DNA of 64,000 nucleotides from Macrostomum lignano (Eukaryota), in assembly GCA_002269645.1 (NCBI GenBank), contig NIVC01003767.1:1-64000 (forward strand), given 5' to 3'. This document shows positions 57,880 through 64,000 of this stretch, one piece after another (the first letter of the stretch is position 1; every line of letters starts with the position of its first letter). The notes under the pieces are model-generated. The model was not told the origin of the DNA and searched no databases. It saw only the letters and a list, made by a program, of their open reading frames with translations. Both the position numbers and the translations under genes were made by a program.

Positions 57880-60800
57880 GCTGAGCGAGAGGCCAGTCGC
57901 ATTGTCTCTCAAGACAGATGGCTCTAATCTGGGCTTTCACCGTCTGGATCATCCTCTCAGCTTTACCGTTAGCCTGAGGGCGACGGGCTGTGATCCGGCC
58001 CATGTCAATTTGTAAGAGTCTGGTCAATTCTGCCATGGTACTATTGATGAAGGCGGTTCCGTTGTCAGATACCAACTGCTCCATCACCCCATACCTGGCA
58101 ACCCATTCCGTCAGGATGGTTGTGGCAGTGGTCTCTGCGCTGACATCGGGAACAGGGACTGCTTCGACAAACCCGGTGAACCGGTCGATCATAACCAGCA
58201 GGTACTTGTACCCGTCACACTCTTCGAACGGGCCTGCGTGGTCCACGTGGACAACCTGGTTCGGGTAGCCGTACAGTTCTGGTTGCATAGGAGCCTTGAG
58301 TTTACGCTTCAACTTCTTGGTCTTAGCGCAAACAGTGCATTCGGCCAGGACCCCCTTGACTATAGTATCTAAGTCGGAAATGACGAAGCGCGCCTTCAGG
58401 GCGGCCATCGTCTTGGTGATACCGCAATGGTTTAACTGGCCATGATACTGAAGGACCAGGTGGCAGTTTCAGGCACAACTAGGCGCCTGTTGGCAGTTTT
58501 GGCTTTGGAAGATTTGGCTAGGTACAAGAGACCCTCGACCACTTCAAGGTCGTTGAAGTGAGCCCAGAGTGAGCGCATTTCCCGGCTACAACCCTGCAGT
58601 TCGGCCTTGGACAATGGCTCGGTCGTACCCTGGACACTGGCGATTAGCCGCGCCATGTCAACACAAGAGTCTTGGGCATTCTGGGCCCAGATGAGCTCAG
58701 GTGGTATCTTGGATTCAGTGTCGGGGTCGAGAGGTTCTGTCCCTGGGCTAGGAGCAGCACTACTAGCAGCAGCGCGGACGTTTGGCGATGGTTTAGCCAC
58801 AGTGACTTTTGGCGCTTCCTCGGGCACCGGGGTACCGGGCACCGGGGTGGCCCTTGGCCTGGGTGGTTGTGATGGTGAAAGGCTACTGTCGGCGTCAGTC
58901 TGGCAGGCGACACTTTTGCCCGTGATCTGGACGCTCACCTGCCGCAATTCCCCAGTGGGCGGTTTGCGGTGCGCCTTAGGATTTTGATCCAGGAACTTCC
59001 CCTTGAATTCCGGAATCTGACTACATGTTGGGCAGTCGAAGTGGTCAGCTCTGAATTTTGGTATTCTACTGAGGGCGTCAGCAGGCACGTGATCAACGCC
59101 TGGGCGGTACTGGACAGTGAAATCGTATTCGGCTATGCGCTCCAGAGTGGACTGCTGGACCTTCAGCGGGTACAGCTCAATGGTGGCAAGCCATTGGGCC
59201 AGCATACCAGTAGCATGTTTCTTGGAATGCAGCCATTTGAGCGCGGCCGCGTCCACCCGGACAGTGAAAGGCTTGTCTAACAGGTAAGGACGGAAGTGCT
59301 CGAGCATCAGGACGAGCCCTAGCAACTCCCTCATGGTGGCGCAGTAGTTTCTCTGGCTACTGTTGAACTTCTTGGATGCGTAAGCTATGACTTGCTCCTG
59401 GCCATCTGGCCCGAGCTGGTACAGCACACCCCCTGTGCCGTCTAGCGAGCTATCGCAGTCCAAGATAAATTCGCGCCCCTTGGCAGAGAGGTCTGGATAT
59501 GCCAGAATCGGTGGTGAACAGAGGCTATATTTGAGTTCTAGGAAAGCCCGTTCATGATGCGGTTGCCATAGAAACGGAGCATCCTTTTTGGCTAAGGCAT
59601 ACAGAGGCGTGGCGATGATTGAGAATCGCGGCACGAATTTCCGGTAGTAATCTGCGAATCCCAAGAATGATAAGAGCTGTTTCTTAGAAAGCGGTTTAGG
59701 CCAGTCTTGGACAGCCTGAGTCTTCGCTGGGTCAGCCTCAATGCCCCGGCTAGACACAACGAACCCCAGGAATGCGACTTTGTCCTTGAACAACTCACAC
59801 TTAGACGGCTTAATTTTGAGACCGGCTTTTCTAAGCTGCCAGAGGACCAGCGCGAGATGCGCGATCATTTGGTCATTGTTGACAGCCTTAATGATAATGT
59901 CGTCTAGATAAATGAGGCTGACCTTCATCAGGAGAGGCCTAAACACCTTGTGCATCAGTTTAGCGAAATTGGCAGGTGCCGTCTTGATCCCAAATGGTAC
60001 TACCTTCCAGCGGAAAGTGCCTTGGGGGCAGGCAAAGGCGGTGTAATCCCTAGCCTCCTCTTTGATCCCTACCTGCCAGTACGCGGAGGTCAGGTCAAGG
60101 CTAGAGAATACAGTGGCCCCAGCAAGGCTGTCAAAAGATTCTTCTATGAGTGGCAGAGGGAAGCTACACGGCTTGATGAGCTTATTAACGGCCCTATAGT
60201 CTATGCAGAAGCGTTGAGTGCCGTCCTTCTTCTTGACTAGGACGATAGGCGACACCCAGTCGGAGTCACATTCCTCGATGACCCCCTGCTCGAGCATCTG
60301 CGCTATATTCTGATCTAGGAATTCCTTTTGCGCTGGCGTGGTGCGCCTGTATGGTTGCGCAACAGGCTTGGCCTTGGGATCTATTAATTCTATGCCCATC
60401 TCGTGTAATTTGGTATGGCCTAAGTCTGCGTTTGATCTAGAAATTTGGCTATTGAAGTAGTTGAGCAGTTTCAAAACGGTGGCGAGTTGGCCCCTAGACA
60501 ATTTGGCTTGGTCTAGTTGGAGCTGCGTTGTCAGCCATTTGGCTAACTCCCTACTAGGCGGCGGCAGCTTACTGAGTTGGCTAGTGAGGTTAGCTACATT
60601 GTCCAGGCTGAAGTCAGACTCCCTTAGAGTCGTCTGAGCGATGACCTCATGGCTATCTAATTCCTGGAATGAGGCAATTTCTTGCCCCCTAGCTATCTGG
60701 ATAGGTTGCTCCCCACTGTTGAGCACGCGCACTAGTATGTGGTTGGTATCGCTGACTGAGTCTAGAGTTTTGGCTACTAACTGCTCGGGTTCTGGTCCGA

Positions 60801-61332
60801 GGATCCTAGACATGACTATACCGGAGGTGTACGGCGAAGAGTCGAGAACACGACTGGGAATCAAAGTTTCCGAGTGCGGGGGTAACTCTACGGTGCCAGC
60901 GGCCATCACACGTCGGAGTTGGAAAATTCCCTTGTCCCCCTCAATGACTGGAACTGACACCCCTGCTACTAAAGCTCGGCCAGAGTTGAAGTCCAGCAGC
61001 ATCTCGAAGCTGCGCAGGAAGTCCATGCCTAGCAGGGCTTCCGTGGTGCAGTAGGCAGTGACAAGGAATACATGCTGTTTAGTCGTGCTACCTAAGTTGA
61101 TTTCGCAGCGTAGCGACCCTAGGATGTCTACCTGAGAGCCGCCGAAGTGGCGCGCTGCTTATTGGCACTAGGCGTGAATATGTTATTGACGGGGTCAGCT
61201 GCGACCAGTCTGGCCTTCACGTCAGCACCCATGATGCTAGCATTGGCACCTGAGTCCAGACAAGCCAGAACTTTAGAGTCCCCTACTCCTAGCTGCACGA
61301 AGTAGCTAGACTCGAAGGTGTCAGCCGAGTAC
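57880..61332 (-). pseudogene. pol: Pol of copy 2 (864-aa open PR-RT-RH segment; frameshifts in PR and before IN)
   Basis: ORFs 61128-61397, 58432-61026 and 57557-58408. Confidence 0.93.
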
Positions 61333-62682
61333 CCCCCCTTGTCTACACTGAGGATCACCGTCCCCTGGCTGGTGTTGCACATTACAGGCCTTGTCATGCT
61401 GGCGCCCGGGGTCGACCTGGCGCTGGAATTTCACCCTAGTCCCCCTAATGCGGTGCTGCTCGACTAGGCTACGCAGGCTGGGAGACAGTTGGCTAATGTG
61501 CACGAACAATTTCTCTGGCAGGTGCTCAGATTGGATGAACCCGTAATTCTGAGACCATGAGGCTATAGTTCCTAGTTCAGTCGTGACTTTGCCACGGCCG
61601 GGCTGCTGATTCTGGCTCCCCCGGGGCTGCTTTGGCGACTGTGGTCCCGGCGAGGGCGATGGGCAGTCAGCGATCAGGTGATCGGTCTGGCCACATCGAT
61701 GGCAAGCCCGCGGAGGGTGAGGAGCTGGCCTAGGTTTCCTAACTTGTGATGGGCCCCCAGTGGGCTCTATGCGAGTGGGCCCCTGATTGGTGGTGACAGG
61801 CGGAGCGGTCTGGTTCAATCTGTTGGTCTGGTTGGTCACCATCTTCTCAAGTTCAGCGACCCTCTGTTCTAACGCTTTCTTCTCAGCGTCAGGTTCTATG
61901 GCACGGACCTTGGCTACAGTAGAAGGCACGTTCAGAAGCTGACGGACCCCGACAAGATCCTTGGCCTTCTGCATCAGCTCTTCTGCAGAGGTCGCGCTAC
62001 CCGTTTCCTGATCCCATAAGAGGAGCTTTTCGGCGAGGTCCTTATCCCTCAGCCCATGACAAAACCTGGCCTTGAGCAGGGGCTTCGCTTCAGTGAGCGA
62101 GAGGCCCGCTAGTCTCGAGTAGGAGACCAGTCTGTCAAAGAAATCAGTCATTTGCTCATTATGAGATTGGGCAGCAGCGACTAATTCTACATAGGCCTTG
62201 TCCTTTTTCTTGGCATCGGTGTACCTTTCCCTGAGCAGCTGCAGGGCGGATTCGAAAGGCATCCGGTCACACCGGTAGTTAAGGTAAACCTCTTGGCACT
62301 CGGTGGACAGTAAAGAAACGAGAATGGCAGATTTCTGGTCCTCAGGAACGCGGCAAGTGGCTAGATACGAAGTAAGCTGAGCTTCCCACGTATCGAAGTT
62401 CATCTTCGGCTGATAAGCTATTGGAGGGCGAAGGCGTATGTCTGGCTTCGCAGGCGGCGAGGAATCTGACGCTGACGGCGAGGAAACGGCGAGACGCTCT
62501 TCGAGCATCCGGTGAAGAGAGGCTAAGGTTTGAGTCAGCAAGAGTTGCTCACTGGGAGCTGGCGCGGCGACAGCAGCTGCGCCTGCTGGTTGCTCGCCGG
62601 CATCATCTGCGTCCTGACCTGGCCCGACGGCATCTCCGTCAGCCAATGACGCTGCAGCGTGGTTGTCCCCGTTGTCGGACAT
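61321..62682 (-). CDS. gag: Gag with CCHC and cold-shock domain, copy 2
   Basis: 453 aa; differs from copy 1 by A>T and R>H only. Confidence 0.9.
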   Translation of the reverse strand: MSDNGDNHAAASLADGDAVGPGQDADDAGEQPAGAAAVAAPAPSEQLLLTQTLASLHRMLEERLAVSSPSASDSSPPAKPDIRLRPPIAYQPKMNFDTWEAQLTSYLATCRVPEDQKSAILVSLLSTECQEVYLNYRCDRMPFESALQLLRERYTDAKKKDKAYVELVAAAQSHNEQMTDFFDRLVSYSRLAGLSLTEAKPLLKARFCHGLRDKDLAEKLLLWDQETGSATSAEELMQKAKDLVGVRQLLNVPSTVAKVRAIEPDAEKKALEQRVAELEKMVTNQTNRLNQTAPPVTTNQGPTRIEPTGGPSQVRKPRPAPHPPRACHRCGQTDHLIADCPSPSPGPQSPKQPRGSQNQQPGRGKVTTELGTIASWSQNYGFIQSEHLPEKLFVHISQLSPSLRSLVEQHRIRGTRVKFQRQVDPGRQHDKACNVQHQPGDGDPQCRQGGVLG

Positions 62683-64000
62683 GGTGCAAGATTGAGCGTG
62701 AATGAAAATAAGATTCCAGAGAAAACGAATTGAGGCTGATGACGCGAGAGAGGTGAGAGAGATTGCGTCCTAATGACAAAATACGCCTGACAGGGGCAAA
62801 CCACAAAAAGCCTAGTATAGGGGAGAGTCCTATCACGCAAACCACCCAGACTAACTGTCAGGCAATAGTCCCTACAAACAATCAGCGCACGGCGTAACCT
62901 GGCGGGGCTTGGCACACGCAGCGGAGCTATCTTGGCAGAGCGTAAGCTCGAGCTCAACGCAGTTGACAGCGCGCGTTGCTCAGGGCGATGACCAGCGACG
63001 ATCAGGACCCCTGGGCCTGACGTGGCACAGGCTCTCGCAGCCTTGCGGACCGACCCTCAGAGACGTGGCACAGGCTCTCGCAGCCTTGCGGACCGACCCT
63101 TAGAGACGTGGCACAGGCTCTCGCAGCCTTGCGGACCGACACTCAGACGTGGCAGGCCGGCACCAGTCACGAGCCGGCAGAGCTGAACAGAAGTCTTGGT
63201 GGCACTGATTACGAGCTGGCAGGGCTGAGCAGAAGTCTTGATGGCACTGATTTAGTTGCGAGCCGGCAGTGCTGAGCAGGAGTCTCGGTGGCGCTTAGTT
63301 GCAAGCCGGCAGTGCTGAGCAGGAGTCTCGGTGGGACCTCCAAAATTAATGTCACGATTATTGACGTAGTGGCTATGGCTATGACCCTTAAAAGGGCCGT
63401 TTTGACGAGAGTTGCCGTAAGTCGTAGTCCCAAAATGAATCGAAGTCAATTCTTATAAAGCGGATTGTGTAGCGGAGCACTTGGCGATAAAGGCAGGAAA
63501 CTGCCGTGGTTGTTTTATTTGTTGAGATCAATATTAAACTTGGTTACTAATGTCAATGCAAGCTTATAGCGTTCTGGGCACTGGCGGCTGCAACAATGGT
63601 TTTGAAAGCAATAGAATATGAAGTCGAGTGGCAGACGAATGATGCAATGGCGACGCAACGTGATGAGCAATGGCGATGAGCACGGTGAAGGCAGTGAGTA
63701 GCAGTAGGTAGGCAGATGAGTAGTGGCGAGATTGGCGTTAGCTGTGGCGGAACACAGTGAAGTAGTGTAAACAGGCTGGCCCAGACAGAGGGGCCGTGGC
63801 GAGAGATAAGGAGGCTCGAGGCAGCCAGACAAGAGAGGAAAAACAAGACGCCAAGAGGCCGAGAAGCCTAAACAGCTAAACAGGCTAGACCGCGAGGAGG
63901 CCCCCAGCCCGCCAGGCAGGGTTTAATAAAGGAACGCAGAGGGGGGTAGCGCGAAGCACGAGCGGTTTCATTGGCTGGCTAAAGAACTTAAAATTATCGA

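Larger units (their letters stand above)
48653..64000 (-). repeat. Right arm of a >=15.3-kb inverted duplication (mirror of about 32690-48041)
   Basis: Every ORF pairs with coordinate sums of about 96688-96690, e.g. 34008/62682 and 46175/50513. Confidence 0.97.
56237..64000 (-). mobile_element. Ty3/Gypsy element copy 2 (5' LTR cut by the window end)
   Basis: 3' LTR 56237-57083; PBS 63326-63342; 5' LTR from 63350; TSD CACAC at 56232-56236. Confidence 0.96.

Noticed and set aside
56237-64000. Second independent Gypsy insertion
   Set aside because: Same TSD, flanks and lesions as copy 1; it is part of the inverted duplication.

Overview
Eukaryotic (invertebrate-type, GT-AG introns, TTAGGG-like repeats) and very repeat-rich window; a free-living flatworm such as Macrostomum is my unverified guess. 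Left half: a minus-strand promoter-like segment, a decayed RPA70-like OB-fold gene, a MULE relic, a 2.5-kb Gypsy LTR element with only gag and integrase (TSD GACAG), a complete but frameshifted hAT-type DNA transposon (13-bp TIR, 5-bp TSD ATTAC) inside a THAP relic, an apparently intact 4-exon gene for a stand-alone Chk2-like FHA protein, and a C2H2 exon. Next is a CAG/CAA minisatellite holding two RNase H-type (I/Ingi-like) LINE copies, one split inside its RT motif by an antisense RTE-like LINE with four C-terminal zinc fingers. A GGCTCCCATAAG-core satellite (30.2-32.5 kb) is interrupted by an 8-kb Ty3/Gypsy element (851-bp LTRs, TSD GTGTG, tRNA-Gln-like PBS). Its Gag carries a cold-shock domain after the CCHC knuckle, the most novel-looking feature here. 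Everything from about 32.7 kb to 48.04 kb is mirrored from 48.65 kb to the window end around a 263-N gap, including a Mutator-like MITE and the 5' exons of an ankyrin-repeat gene; this may be a scaffolding artefact. All family assignments come from motif recognition by eye, with no database searches.
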